In this document: positions 1 to 12,729 of the stretch, piece by piece
How the letters are laid out: each line of letters opens with the position of its first letter
How positions within the stretch are numbered: position 1 is the stretch's first letter
Assembly (NCBI GenBank): GCA_964187785.1
Contig: OZ076409.1
Location: forward strand, 1,302,001-1,366,000
DNA length: 64,000 bases
DNA from: Amphiscolops sp. MND2022
Lineage: Eukaryota
Direction: 5' to 3'
The notes under the pieces: model-generated
Databases searched by the model: none
The model's input: only the letters and a program-made list of their open reading frames with translations
What the model was told of the DNA's origin: nothing
Position numbers and translations under genes: made by a program

Positions 1-1300
1 GTGATTGACTGCTTCAGACGTTTCAATCCCAATCTTTGGACCGTGTCTTCTGTGACAAAAGTGAGTTGCCACCCACTGTCCAGCAACGCACGACACAAGC
101 TGTTTGTTGAGGATGAGTTTGCAATGGGCACCATTGCTGTAGGAAGGAGTCCAACTGTGAAATGGAATCCGGAATGACCTGTCACCACAGATCCAGTTGA
201 GTTCGAGCTGACTGCATTTGATAAAACATGAAGAGAGTTGTGTCGGCGTTTGCTCGTTCTACATGACAATTTAGATTTGCAATCTTTCGTTGTATGGCCT
301 GAATTCAAGCAGTTGAAACAATTTAGCTGAAGAAGCAGGACATCTTTCTGTGGATATTTCGTAGTTTTGGTACACAAGATTGGAATCTCGGGACTTCATG
401 TGCTCCTGACAAGACTTGAAACTGTCGAAACTGCTTTGAGGAGTCCTTGATTCGGAAACTTCTTATCACCTGAACCCTCCGGTTGATGAGTTGTCTCAAT
501 TGATCCAAAGTTTGCAAGTGTTTCTCTGGAGCGTCAAGCTCAAATTGTCTTCTTGATTCAGCCTCAAGCTTTTCTGACAAAAGATCCACCCAGAAAAATC
601 CACAAGGAACGGTAACAACCTTGAGAGCTTGTATTGCCATCAAATTTTCCTCGAAAGCTACAATTGCTTCCTAAGCTCGCTTGCAGATTCTTTTTGAAGT
701 GGCTTAAGCTGAAAAATAGCTCTTATGTGAGTCTTGACAATCAATCGTGGATTATTGTATCCATCAGTGAGGCTGTTGAGGGTGATTTGATAGTTCGTAT
801 TTGACAGTGGAAGATGGCAAATCTGGCAGACTTGCGTTACTGTCAACTGATGCCATGAATTGTTCGTGAAAAGATGTCCAATTTTCATACTTTCCATCAT
901 ATTTTGGCAGATCGAACTTTGGCATTTTCAAAACGTTTGAGACGGTTCCGGAAGCATCATCGAGTGTTCCAACAGTACGTGAGTTGTGCTGAACCAAGAA
1001 TCGTTTGATTCTATTGATCTGTGTCAAAATTTTCATGTGAAATTCTTCTGCAGCCATCATTTCGTCTTCCATTTCTTGATGTGCTTGGCGTTTGATCCCA
1101 AATTGCATTCAGTGTCGTACATTCATTTCGAGAGTTGTCTGTCGAGCCTCGAGTTGACTCATGTGTTCAGCTGTTATTTCCGCTTGCTTCCTGTCCAGAA
1201 TTGCTTGAATGACTAGCCCACTTGGTTATAACACCAGTTGATGCTGATCGGGAACGTTTCAATTCTTCCATTGTCTTTCCTTGATTCATGGACATCGTTC
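1..1300 (-). mobile_element. Degenerate BEL/Pao LTR retrotransposon, gag-protease region (frameshifted; runs off the window edge)
   Basis: The minus-strand translation gives LKMPKFDLPKYDGKYENWTSFHEQF (BEL gag, DUF1759-like), a Cys/His knuckle CFNCLNSGHTTKDCKSKLSC near 240-320 and a protease-like CRALLDSG near 70-100. Several frameshifts and stops. Confidence 0.85.
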
Positions 1301-1324
1301 TTCTATATTAGACTTGTTTGTTGT

Positions 1325-1510
1325 TCCCGGTTTGCGGCACTAAAAAATTATAGCTACTGCTAATTGAAATTCGCGGGAGCTTTGATGAACGAAGATTGAA
1401 TTGAATATTGTGACAGAGGTGAAGCGGTGCTTCGCAACACATGACGAAGACAACGATTATTTTAATATGCGTATATATATTATTTTAATAGCATGCGTAT
1501 ATATTCAACA
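1325..1510 (-). repeat. Probable PBS and 5' LTR of the BEL/Pao element
   Basis: Minus strand TAGTGCCGCAAACCGGGAA (about 1325-1342) resembles a tRNA-Phe-type PBS (TGGTGCCGAAACCCGGGA). The segment upstream of it starts TGTTGAAT at 1510. The partner LTR is not in the window. Confidence 0.4.
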
Positions 1511-1530
1511 GTTCAACTTTATTCAATAAC

Positions 1531-1658
1531 GTCCTTATGGCACAGTGGTTAACACTTATGCCGCGCAATCGGGAGGCTGCAGGTTCGAATCTCTCTGGGG
1601 TTTTGGCTTTTCTCTAAAAGGGGCTTATTATGAAGTTGGCTACTGTGGAAAAAAAAAA
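1531..1658 (+). mobile_element. tRNA-derived SINE-like element or tRNA pseudogene
   Basis: A-box-like TGGCACAGTGG and B-box GGTTCGAATC at tRNA-like spacing, no proper cloverleaf, and an A-run at about 1649-1658. Confidence 0.45.
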
Positions 1659-2606
1659 CTTTCTTAGCTGGACTGCAATGCACATTGACTTCGTCATGTG
1701 CAAAAAGTCAGTCTTTACTTGAAATGAGTAAAAAATACATGAAATCTAAGTCAGAAGTTTGAAAATATTAGTCAGCATGTTTAGTAATTATCTGTCCAAA
1801 TTTGATTGGCCAAATGAGTTTTTCCGTCGTTAAATACATGGCTCAATGAATTGTTCAGCTTCAACAGAAACTATAAAAATTGCTACTGGACTAAAGCATT
1901 CTCGTCTCTAAATCAGAGTTCAAACTACACAAAAGAGGGTTTGTCAATGCTGTTTTTAAGGCTCTAGCAACTGCTAGTTCATTCGGTGTTCATTCGATTC
2001 AATCTGATTCATGGCTACTGAATTTAACGTTCTTTAAAGAAGTCATTTTCCCACTTGAGATTTTGGGAATTTGGAATGAAAATCTCCAATATAACTCCAC
2101 ACTTGTGAAGGCGGAACCTTTTGGGAATTGATGAATAAAACTGATCCAACAAAAATTCAAGCATGAAATTTGAAATTTCTAAAGTTTCAATTGCTATCAG
2201 ACTTGAAAAAGCTATTTGATGTTCCAAATGTACATATATAAATCTTTCGAACATACAAATCAAAGTTATTTACAATTTCATTACCAATCATCAGCCAAAA
2301 CAACTATTTCTATCAAAATAACAAACGTTTAAAATTCATTCCAAAGATCAAAGCAATCAAGCAGAATGTATACAAAGACTTTCAGCATCAAGTCATTCAC
2401 CACAATTTGCCTTCCATTCAAAAAAGTTTAACGGATCCTTCAAAAGCACCAATGGTCGGTCAAACCAAATTGTAGCCTATTTCAAATTTGATTTTAAAAA
2501 TTCATGAAAGGACTTGAAAATTTGAACAGATACACAGCTGAAAACAATCATCGAGACATAAAAATACTTTTATCAAAGTCAGCAAAACAATTGATAAACA
2601 AGTATT

Positions 2607-3061
2607 GGACCATGTCATCTATCCCCCCCCCAGGTACACCTTGTTGGGAATCCCCCCCAACACCAAAGCACATTTTGTTCTTGAATAAAAATATTTCACC
2701 AATAAGAGAATATTATATGAATGTATACACTTAGAGGGTTGTCTCTACAACTGTTTGGACACTTCAGGTTAAAAAATTACCATAATTTTTGATATTATTG
2801 TCCAAAATACCAGAAATTCACGTTTGGAACAAACTAAAATCGTATAAAAAGGCCCCTATTTCAGCGCAAATTGTGTCCGCTATAAAATCTAATGAGTATC
2901 TTTTAACTGACAGTCAATGTAATGGATAGGATTATGTCGACATCAATTATTTTATTGGACCAAAATTTCACCGCAAACTATGTCGACATAATGGTATAAG
3001 AACCTTGTCTTATTTCCCTCCCGCGGCAGTTTGCGGGGGGGGGGGGTGAATGACATGGTCC
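2607..3061. mobile_element. MITE, GGACCATGTCAT-TIR family
   Basis: Ends GGACCATGTCAT...ATGACATGGTCC. Homologous copies at 36420-36884 (inverted) and 45663-46452; related copies at about 35511-36419 and about 47350-47768. Confidence 0.8.
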
Positions 3062-3342
3062 CAAGCATTTTCTATGAAAAAAACTTTTTTCATATCATTT
3101 GTAAAAGTACACTTTGATATGGGAGACGCATAGCAGCGTCGTCAATTAAATTGCAGAACAATGAAGTGAATATGAGTCTCTTATTGCAGTGGCAATATCA
3201 CAGTGACGTCAGACCCTGTTTAGTTAATTGAGTTTGTAATAGTCAACCGGGATGGCACCTTTATCCACTAGAGGTCACCCGACTTGACCTCCAAGGTGAG
3301 ACCGAGAGGTCACAGGACAGCCGATGCATGTCAGTGGTTGCG

Positions 3343-6300
3343 TCAACTGTTCTCGTCTTCAATGTCATTGGAGCTCTCATTGCTTTCAATGTCTTCCAGC
3401 GAATTCACGGTGACTTCTAACTGTTCGCTCTCGCTAGAGGAGGTTTCCTGCAAAAGCAAATGAAAAGAGTCATCAGATCCCCTTAACCTCGAAAGTGATT
3501 TCGTCCTCAACTGAGGACAGCGATCTTTTTCACAATCAATAAAAAATTACGAAACGCTAAAAAAATGTAGAGAAACGAAACTGTCTTTCTTGTCAACAGT
3601 CTATTAGAGTATCAGGGGTGAGTTGTTATTTGCGTCCATATGGCTATTTTTCGGAGCGACTGGCAAAAAAATAACTGGAAAAAAGTGAAACTTTGCAAAA
3701 TTTAACATTTCAGTGAAAGTGCCATTTCTCAATAACTGAGCAACTGGTGGCTAAGTTACTGTCCCACTCTAAAAACACAGCAGGCCACGATTGAAGACGC
3801 ATATAGAAGTTTTTTCAATGAAGATTCAGTTATGAGTTTGACCGGCATTTGAAAGGCTCTCACCCCACCAAGTGGCGCCAACTTTCAACCTAATTAGTGT
3901 GCATTTGAAAGCTTAGGTAAAGGGCTTTCAGGAGCAGAAAACCAATTTGTGCTGCGGTGATTATTCGTGGAGAAATGAAGCTTTGAAAAAATTTGCTAAT
4001 TTTTTGGCAATTTTTCTACTCAATGTTCTGTCGGTGAAAGTAGATAATAACTACAGTAGCGTTTCAAAATATCACAACTTTCTTGGTTAAAATATCGAAA
4101 TTCAAAACCAATTATCTCGTAAACTGTCACAAAAACAAAACTTTGTCAGGTACGAGAATTCTTGGATTTTGTTGGTTTGGACAAAAATGTTTGTTTGAAA
4201 TTTCTAAGACCTATATTGAGAAAGTTGGGAATTGCAAATCTTGATGAATTTTTTTAAATTGGTTTTTTGAAATCGAGTAGCTTAAAATTTTCTATTTTTC
4301 TAATTCATAAACTCCCTATAATTTCCCGAACCTACTACTCATCTTTCCTGATTGAGAAGTTGTTTGAAATCAGAAAAATATGCTGCATGTTGTGCCTATG
4401 AACACTGCAACACGTGTATGAAGATTTGACATTTGATGATTTATTCTAATTTTGAAATCTAAAAAGGTTTCCATCAAACTATAGTAGCATCCTCAGAAGA
4501 CTTGGGGGCAAAAACTTTGGCTAAAATTTCTACCAAAACATTTTATCATGTTCTTGGAAATTGAAAAGGTGCAAAATTGATTAAATTCTGTTGAAATTTA
4601 CAATTTCTAACTTTGTAATTTTTGTGGCGGAACTTCTAAAGGAACACTTTTGAGAACAAAAAAATGAGAAACTTTCCCAGCTCAATTTTTCGTATTCCCG
4701 TTTCCAAGATTTTCGGTACTGAAATTTGTAATCCTGAGCAATGGAGTTGCGACATTTTACAACGCTACTGTATGTTCGAACAAAGAACCATGTTATTTCA
4801 GTCTACCTGTTCCGTAATTGGAGAAAAAACTGTAATTATGACCAGCGGTTATCGAGAAACTAAAAGATGGAAATGTTCTAAATCCAAGAAATCGATGCAT
4901 TTCGAAATTTTTGCCAGTGTAACAAAATGTCTAGCTTTTTTGGTGCCCTGTGGTTTTTAGTCGGCGCTTCATGAAGTGAAACGCGACTATTATAGTGACT
5001 CTTTTTTTATTTTTCAATACACACGAACTGACCAAAATAGTTCTACAGTTCTACGAAATTTTAAGGTGTCAAATTGAACCATTTGGCGTAGAGAACTGAA
5101 CCGAAAAGGTTTCTTTTTTTCCCGCGTAACAATACCGGCCGAGACTAAAGGGTCCCCCTTTTCCTTTTCCGGACTTGAGACTTTTTCGAAAAAAATATTT
5201 TGCCAAAGGGTCCTCCTTCAATTTTTGTGATGATTTGCAACAGAATGGATGAAAAATCTGAAAGCGTCCCCCCCCGGCGCGCCGATTCAGTCCAACTTTT
5301 GGGTTTTTCGGGTATTGTAAAAGAATACTTGACACTTTGAAGTCCTTTTGCTATTTTTGAGCCTTAGATATGACACCGACTTATGCCGTTCCCGGCTTGT
5401 TATCTCAAATAATAGTTCATAGTCTTTTACAAAGATACCGGAACGAAAATCATACGGAAAAAACGCGATTTTTTACTTCCGGGTACAGTGGAAGCCGCTT
5501 ATACGGGACGCTTCGGGACCGGGGTATTCTTGTCTACTATATCCGTAGTCTCTTATATCAGTAGTACAATACATTTGCTTTATTTCAGCGGGGAATCTGC
5601 GTGCCAATTAAGCGTTGTCCCTTATAAGCGTGTCCCACTTAAGCGGCTTCCACTGTATAAAACATCCCCAAAAAGCAGAAATGTGGGGAAACATTCAAAA
5701 ATACATTCATTTTTACCCAACCCAGAACTACCTACGTCCAGAGAGGGCGTTGACGGCAACAGAGGCGAGGAAGACGTTGAAGTAAGTTCGCCCGGGCTCG
5801 TATCAATGATGACGTCATCGTCCCCACTACTTTCGTCTGTGACGTCATCATCCCGAGTCGTGTCAGCCGTTACGTCATCGCCTCGAGTCGTATCAGCCGT
5901 GACGTCATCGCCTCGAGTCGTATCAGCCGTGACGTCATCGCCTCGAGTCGTATCAGCCGTGACGTCATCGCCGCGAGTCGTCTCAGCCATGACGTCATCA
6001 CGAGAATTGTTGTGTGCGACGTCACCCAAGGACCAGAAACCGGCACTCGATTCTTCGTCGCTTGGGAAGTCATCTTTTTCGTCGTCGCTCTTGAAGGGTT
6101 GAGTAAATGATATTATGTATGTATAGCACCCTGTTTCAGATACCATCGCTGTATCATTTTTTTTTCATTTTAAATATGTCTACTTCACTCCAACTTTTCA
6201 ATTTGTTTGTAATTGAAAAATGGAAAATTAGAGAACAACGAGTTCTATGGGAATCAGAGATACGACTGTTTCCTTACATCTTTCCATCTACGTGTATTGC

Positions 6301-9300
6301 TACAATGACTGACTACAATGCTGAAACTCACATCAGTGAACTTTTCCTGACCTAAAGCCAGATGACCCTTGAGATGAAACACCTGACCCAGAGGTCACTG
6401 ACCTTTTAAAAAACTTGACTCAATGACCCACAACCCAGAAGTCACTGACTCTTTAAAAAACTTGACTCAATGACCCAAAACCCAGAGGTCTCTGACCCTT
6501 TGAAAACCTTGACTCAATGACCCAGAGGTCTCTGACCCTCTAGAAAACTTGACTAAATTTGGTATCTCTGATTTCAACTCTGCAAATGTTGTAACATTCC
6601 AACCTTGGAGTGTTGAATGTACTCGTGGTCCTTGTTGATCACCGTCAGACTGCCCTCCATCTTGGCTACGACCATGAAGAGAATGTCGTCGTTGACGTCA
6701 TCACACTTCTCCAGCTTCAGTCTCTTCAGAGCCGGCATCGAGTCCGGAATCAGCAGAAACGGGTTGCCACTCAATTTGTGCAGACCTGCAAACAAACCTT
6801 TTTCTTTCATTTACTTCGGAAAATCTTACCGCCGAAAAAGAAGCTTTAAGTTCGCAAAACGTTTCCCTAGCCAAAAACATTCATAAAAGTGAAGGGCGTG
6901 CTTGGCCTTTGACCAAATGAAAACTTTTTGCAGAAAAAGTCGCACAGTGCCGATAAAAACCAAAAGGTGAACCTTTGGTCTCCACTCTACTTTTGCAAAT
7001 ATAAAAACGTTTTGCTCCAATGCAGGATTCGAACCCACGTATAAGCAGTGGAACTTATTGAAAGAAACTGGTTAATATGGAAGCCAAGTAACATGAATTT
7101 AAACTTAGAAATGCGTCAGTTCGCTGATTTTGTGAAAAATCCACTACTAGAGCCTACGTTTCTACAAAAATAGGCCCCTCCGGGGCTCAGTACTATTTCT
7201 GCTTTAATCTTTATTTTTTTAAAACAAAAAATCATTAATAAAAGAATCATATCTGGAATACCAATACACTCCTGTTTAATCATTACTTAGAGCACAATTA
7301 ATCACTGTACAAGTTTACACCGCCTTTAATTCTTCTCGGACTAAAGAAAATATAACTAAGCGTAGACGAAGTTTCGCATTCGCATTTGAATGCAGGCGAA
7401 GCTCTCAACGAACGAATAATTAACACTCATTCGCTTCATCTCAATGACGTCAGCATACGAATGGATAATTACCACTCGCTCGTTCTATCGCACTAGAATT
7501 GAATTGTTGTCGGCAGCTTTCCCACGCTTACACTCACTGCCGAACAAAATATCTGAATTATTCAGTAGGACGAAATTTGACGACTGAAAAAAAAAAAGGA
7601 CCAACTTTGAGGTTACAATAACATTCCTGCTAAAGCAGAAATATTAAAATCGCCGACTAAAAGCGACGCTTCTCACGTATTGAAGGTGAGATATAAATAC
7701 TTAATTACTCTGATGACAATGATACTAATTTGAAAAAAAAATTGTTCTTTCATCTGGAAATAGTCCACACAACTGGGCATTTTTTGGGAAACTCGCTCGC
7801 ATCTTGAAATAACTTGGTTCTAAAAGGATGTTCCACAACTTGCAACTGCTAGACATACGAGAGAAGGGTAAAAATTCACCAAAGTAGGACCAACGAACCC
7901 AAACATGAAAGCTTCCGTGCATAAACATTTAAAAGGTAATCAGAGCCGCATGTGCGATAAAGGAGTCGGATTAGGACTTTTCCTTCTGACTCGCTCGAAT
8001 CCCAGTCATACAATGATGAAATTGCACATATTAAGCACTTATATGGTGTTAAAAGTTTACATAAACGTTCTTTCAAATAGTGAAGAGTTTTTGAGAAAAT
8101 CGAAAAAGTCCAAAAATGGCTGTTTTTGGCACTTTTCGATTAATTTGGCTATGTTTCTCAAATCCCAGCAGTATAATTTTGATGCCATTGCACACGCAGA
8201 AGGGTGTAAAACGACTGCAAAAATTTATGAATAGTGAGGACAGTTTTTGAGAAATTTTCATTGTAAGGTGGGGAGAAAAAAAGGCACGATTGCTCAAGTG
8301 GTTGAAAAATTTCTCCGACTCCTAAAAAGAGGGACAGAAAAACAACCTGACAAATCCATGTCGAGCATTTTGCTGCAAGTAGACACGATAGCCAGCACCC
8401 CGACGTCTCCCACTTCCCAGCACCAGGCGAGGGACAGATGGGTGAGGTTGGGGCAGTGGGCGCCTATCAGAACCGCACAGGGGTCAGACAGGTTGACACA
8501 CTCCGAGAGGTTCAGGTCACTTAGCTCGGAGAGACTGCAGCGGGAGAGGAACCCCGCGATGCCCACTTCCGAGAAACTCTCGCCTTTGCGAAAACACAGC
8601 TCACGGAAACTTTGCCCAGACGGGAGGGTTTCTAGAGCACTGTCTGAAAGCGCTGAGGCGAATTTGACTGTTTACGTCCATTTCTGTTGGTTCTAGTCAA
8701 AGTTCTGTCGAAATGAATGAGAGAAAAACAAAGCAGAATGTCAACGAAACTGAGTTTTTTGAGACTGAAAAGCATCGTGATTTTGAGCAGAAATGGACAA
8801 GCTTGTGAGAGACTGTAACTTCTGACACTTGGCAATGTCTTGGAAAACTAGATCGGTGTTGTTCTCTCCGTCGAAAGTCAAACTGATCAGGGTAGTTGAG
8901 TGTTTCACCAGCAAAAGCGATATCGACCTATCCTCCAGAGCACTGACATTACCCAAGCTTACTGCAATAAACTGGTCGCTTCTGAATCCACTGATGAAGT
9001 TGTAAAAATCCTCATCCGTGATTTTGTTGCTGTAAGTCAAATCTGAAATGACCCAATTAAGTTTGTCAAACAAAAGTCGGTACTAGCACATGTACCGGTT
9101 CCAAAAAAATTACTAACCAGGGAGGTTTGAAAAGGATTTCAGTCAGAACTTCAAGACTGTTTTAAAATTTTAAAATAATGATACCGTGTATACTTTAGAA
9201 ATAATAGCCGGTATGATAGGGTTTTAAAAAAACTAAATAGGCAGTAAAATCGAGATATTGTTTTTTCATACCAATTGATACCAGAGGACGAAGCGATGGC

Positions 9301-10119
9301 TGAGTAAAAATTTAAAATAATTGAGGTTTTTCACTGATTTCGTTGTTTTTGGGTATTAGCTGGGCTGAACAGAAGGTATGGTTAATACAGTATTGTGATC
9401 AAGAAATTGTCACCATGTGCCAACCTTATTCGTACATTGCCAATCCTACACTACAATCAGAACACAAATAAGACGGTGATTCATGTTTTCGCAGCTACTT
9501 TGAAAATTCGAAAACTCCAATTGGAAAAATACAGACTACTCAGAAACTGATATATACTCATAACAACCACAACTACTTCGAGTGGTTTGTTTAACTGTAG
9601 AATCTCAAAGGACGATATCTAATTAGAGATATAAAAGTGCTAACCTAAACTTGTGAGAAGGGACAAATTATGGAAACACTGAAGGCATTCTCCGGTTACT
9701 TTTGAGCCTTCTGATGACCCAGTAACACCTAAGTGCCGCAAATTTGGCAAACAAGAACAGAGCGATTGAACATGTTCATCAGTGATATCGTCGTCGATAA
9801 TCTGGAGAAATCTCATTTCACTATTTTTGTTGCAAATGAAGAGAAGGACTTCAAAAAGTTCAATATCGAATTGCCAAATAATTGACGCCAAAGTATTCGA
9901 AGGTACGTGTGTGAAAAACAGAAGCAAGGATTCTGCACATTCTATGTCTTCTTCTTTGCCTTCTGGCTCTGTTCTAAGAGCAAAGTTGATCCACAACGTT
10001 GGATAGAACAGAAGTTGACGTAGCCTTGAACAAGTAGAACTCAAATTCAAACGGGATTTCACCGGCAAGCGTTTGAAGATATCCACCAGAATGTGATCGG
10101 GCATGTGAGTTAAAATCAT
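3343..10119 (-). CDS. F-box/leucine-rich-repeat protein (FBXL-like), 6 exons, about 558 aa
   Basis: Minus-strand exons: 10119-9645, 9042-8803, 8667-8347, 6785-6604, 6089-5736, 3447-3343; phases are compatible, total 1677 nt. F-box MPDHILVDIFKRLPVKSRLNLSSTCSRLRQL; cysteine-containing LRRs (LSDLNLSECVNLSD, LTHLSLAWCWEVGD, LKRLKLEKCDDVND); acidic tail. The model needs one GC donor and one AAG acceptor. Confidence 0.85.
4954..5401 (+). mobile_element. Helentron-type non-autonomous element (HINE family A)
   Basis: 5' TTTTAGTCGGCGC with a nearby inverted CGACTA; 3' CACCGACTT, hairpin GCCG-TTCC-CGGC and terminal TTGTT; no TSD. Confidence 0.7.
5486..5655. mobile_element. Tc1/mariner (pogo/Tigger-like) MITE
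   Basis: TIR CAGTGGAAGCCGCTTA...TAAGCGGCTTCCACTG flanked by TA on both sides. Confidence 0.85.
5805..6005 (-). repeat. Coding 30-bp minisatellite in exon 5 of the F-box gene, (TADTTRGDDV)n
   Basis: About 6 units of GTGACGTCATCGCCTCGAGTCGTATCAGCC, open in frame. Confidence 0.9.
6360..6556. repeat. Intronic tandem repeat of about 40-47 bp
   Basis: Four to five imperfect copies of TGACCCAGAGGTCACTGACCTTTTAAAAAACTTGACTCAA. Confidence 0.8.
7938..8328 (-). mobile_element. Helentron-type element (HINE family D), single dispersed copy
   Basis: On the minus strand it starts TTTTTAGGAGTCGGA and ends TCCGACTCCTT, a short hairpin and CTGATT. Plus-strand copies at about 38549-38976 and about 40091-40517. 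Confidence 0.65.
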
Positions 10120-10597
10120 CACTACATATGAAACACAAATTATGCGATAAACATTTAATTGAAAAACTTGAGAAATTACTCTCACTAAACTGTGTTCAAA
10201 ATCTGAATGAGCGTAGCGAAGAAAAAAGATTGACAAAGTAGGTTTCGACAGGGCAAAAAAATGTTACGCCCGAGAAGGCCAGAAAGGATGGCCGTAGGCA
10301 GGGGCTGGCAATTAAAAATTGATATTCCAATTAATTGCAATAATTGATAAACAATTATTTAATTGCTATTCTTTTCAATTACCAATAATTGATTGCGTGC
10401 TTTCAATAATTGCAATAATTGTTCTTCAGTATATTTCAGGTCAGCATGTCGAAAAATCAAGCTGAGATCTGTAAAACATTCTTTAAATTACTCGAAAGTG
10501 AAAATGATATGTGGTAGTAGTAAAAGACTTAAATTCTACTTTTCTGTAGATATTAAACAGCCTGATTATTTATGATTGAAAATATAAGAAACAAAAA

Positions 10598-12718
10598 TCA
10601 ACAGCAATAGCACTTCAAAAACCTTCTACAATCCGATTTATCATAGCCATATTTAAGGTAGTTTCGGAAAATATTTTTCAGTTTAGGCTTAAATGAGGTC
10701 GTGTCAAAGAAGTCAATCTCGAATTTCGATGATACGAAATTAGCTAGATTAACAACTCTGTTTATGAAAAAGCTGTCAGTGGACTTCAGTCTTGTTTTCT
10801 TTTTAAAGAGAAGTTTTCGTGATGAAGATCGGGTGTCATAATGGCGGAGAGATTCTTTGTAGAGCAGTCCTGAACATATCGGAGAATCGTTCACAATACA
10901 TTGATGTAGGAATAGGAGGTCGTTCAACTGAAACAGCAGAGAAAAGGGAAGCAAATTTAGGGCTAATAACCGATCCTTATAATCATCTATAAGTCCAAAC
11001 CAACGAATAACTTTATTTTGAAAGACTTCTAATTTCGATAAATCAGTCTTGTTGGGAAACCATAGGACTGATCCATAGGTGATTATTGGTAGGATATAAA
11101 GTTTGTAAACTTGTGATTTTACATTAGCCGGTAAGGTAGTCGGTAAGGACCGCTTTAACATCATGAATCGTGAAAAAGCTTTTCTAATACGAACATCGAT
11201 GTGGGCTGACCATTTCAAATCAGACGTAAAATTGATACCCAAATCTTTAATAGGGACCGTAGAAAACTCAATATCTTTAGAATCAAAGACCAATACACGT
11301 CTATCAGAAATTTTATAGCGATGAAGAGTAAACCATAGTAGTTCAGTTTTCGTGTTATTGAATTCCATTTTATTTGCTTTCGCCCAGTTATAAATCCTTA
11401 TAAGATCATTCTGGAGTTCAATGGGATCAGCATTTGAGATTTTCGAATCGTCTGCAAAGAGTAACATTATTGAGTCGACACAAACACCAGGTAAATCATT
11501 AATGAAGATTAAAAATAATAAAGGTCCAATAACCGAGCCTTGGGGGACACCACTTTTGATTGGAAGGGCAGTTGAGAGACAGTCGTCAATTTTAACTCGT
11601 TGTTCACGATCTTCGAGATAACTTTTCAAGAGTTTGAGTATATTGCCACCAATCCCAAAACTGGCAACCTTTTTCAATAAAATCTCATGATCAACACGAT
11701 CAAACGCTTTGCTGAAATCAAGATAAACTGTGAAAACTTCATCTCCTCTGTCGAGGTTGTTGTATATGTAATCTAAGTGAATTAACAATTGGGATTGTAT
11801 CGATTTGCTTTTCATGAACCCATGCTGTAAATGGGATATCTTTTTTGAGCAGTGGGGATAAAGTTTTTTAAAAAGGAGCCGTTCAAAACAAATTGAAAGA
11901 CGGGATAAAGATGCTACAGGTCTGTAATTTTCGATTACCGTTTTACATTTCTTTTTGTGCATTGGTCTAATGAAAGTTGTTTTCCAGTTTGCAGGGAAAA
12001 TTGATGTACTGAGAATGTGTTCTGCCAATTTAAGAAAATGAATGCTAAATTCGTTGGAAATCTGTCGCAGTAGAAACCCAGAAAGACCATCCGGTCCAGT
12101 TCCATTCGTGCAACAGTTTAGAACTGAGTACACTTCATCTAGAGTGATTTCAACATCATTCAATTCTAATTCATCGAAGTTGTTGAAATTTTTGATAGTT
12201 GAACATTCTTGATATTGGCAAAAGAAAAAGTCGTTGAAAGCATTGGCAATATCAGGTTTACCAGAGAAATTCTTTTTCTCCCATGTCATTTTTGAGGGAT
12301 AGGACGAAGAATTTTTGAAAGATCTGACTAGATTATAACAGTCATGCATTCTCGTGTTGTTACTAACAAAATGGTTAACAAAACAATGGATATCCAACTC
12401 AATAGACTCCAAGAGGTCTTTTTTCACTGACATAAATTTTGATATGTTGTAATTTTTCGTTGAAGACGCAAGGGTTTTCAATTGATTATAAAGGTGAATC
12501 GAATGCGAAGTGTAATAGAACGGTAGACTCAAACGCTTTTGACGTTTCTTTCTCATGTGTTTCTTCAGAATTTCGTCGAAATTATCGAACCAATTCTGGC
12601 TATAAGTAGATTCGGAATTTGGCTGTACCATTGAAAATATATTGTCAGATAGGTCAAGCTTTATGTTTTCCACCGCATCTGGAGTAAGGGAGAAGGTTGA
12701 GTTGGATTGAGGCATTTC
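10598..12718 (-). mobile_element. 5'-truncated CR1/L2/Daphne-type LINE with uninterrupted RT ORF2
   Basis: Motifs GPDGL, NYRPVASL, QHGF, YLDFSKAFDRVDH, GVPQGSVIGPLLF, LFADD, KDLG and a Cys-rich C-terminus. The endonuclease domain is absent. The first 60 or so aa of the listed 763-aa ORF are antisense hAT sequence. Confidence 0.93.
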
Positions 12719-12729
12719 CCACTTTTTAA

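Noticed and set aside
1531..1602. Functional tRNA gene
   Set aside because: A and B boxes are present but the acceptor and anticodon stems do not pair properly; kept only as SINE-like.
5488..6102. 204-aa plus-strand ORF
   Set aside because: It starts inside a MITE and is the antisense shadow of the F-box repeat exon.
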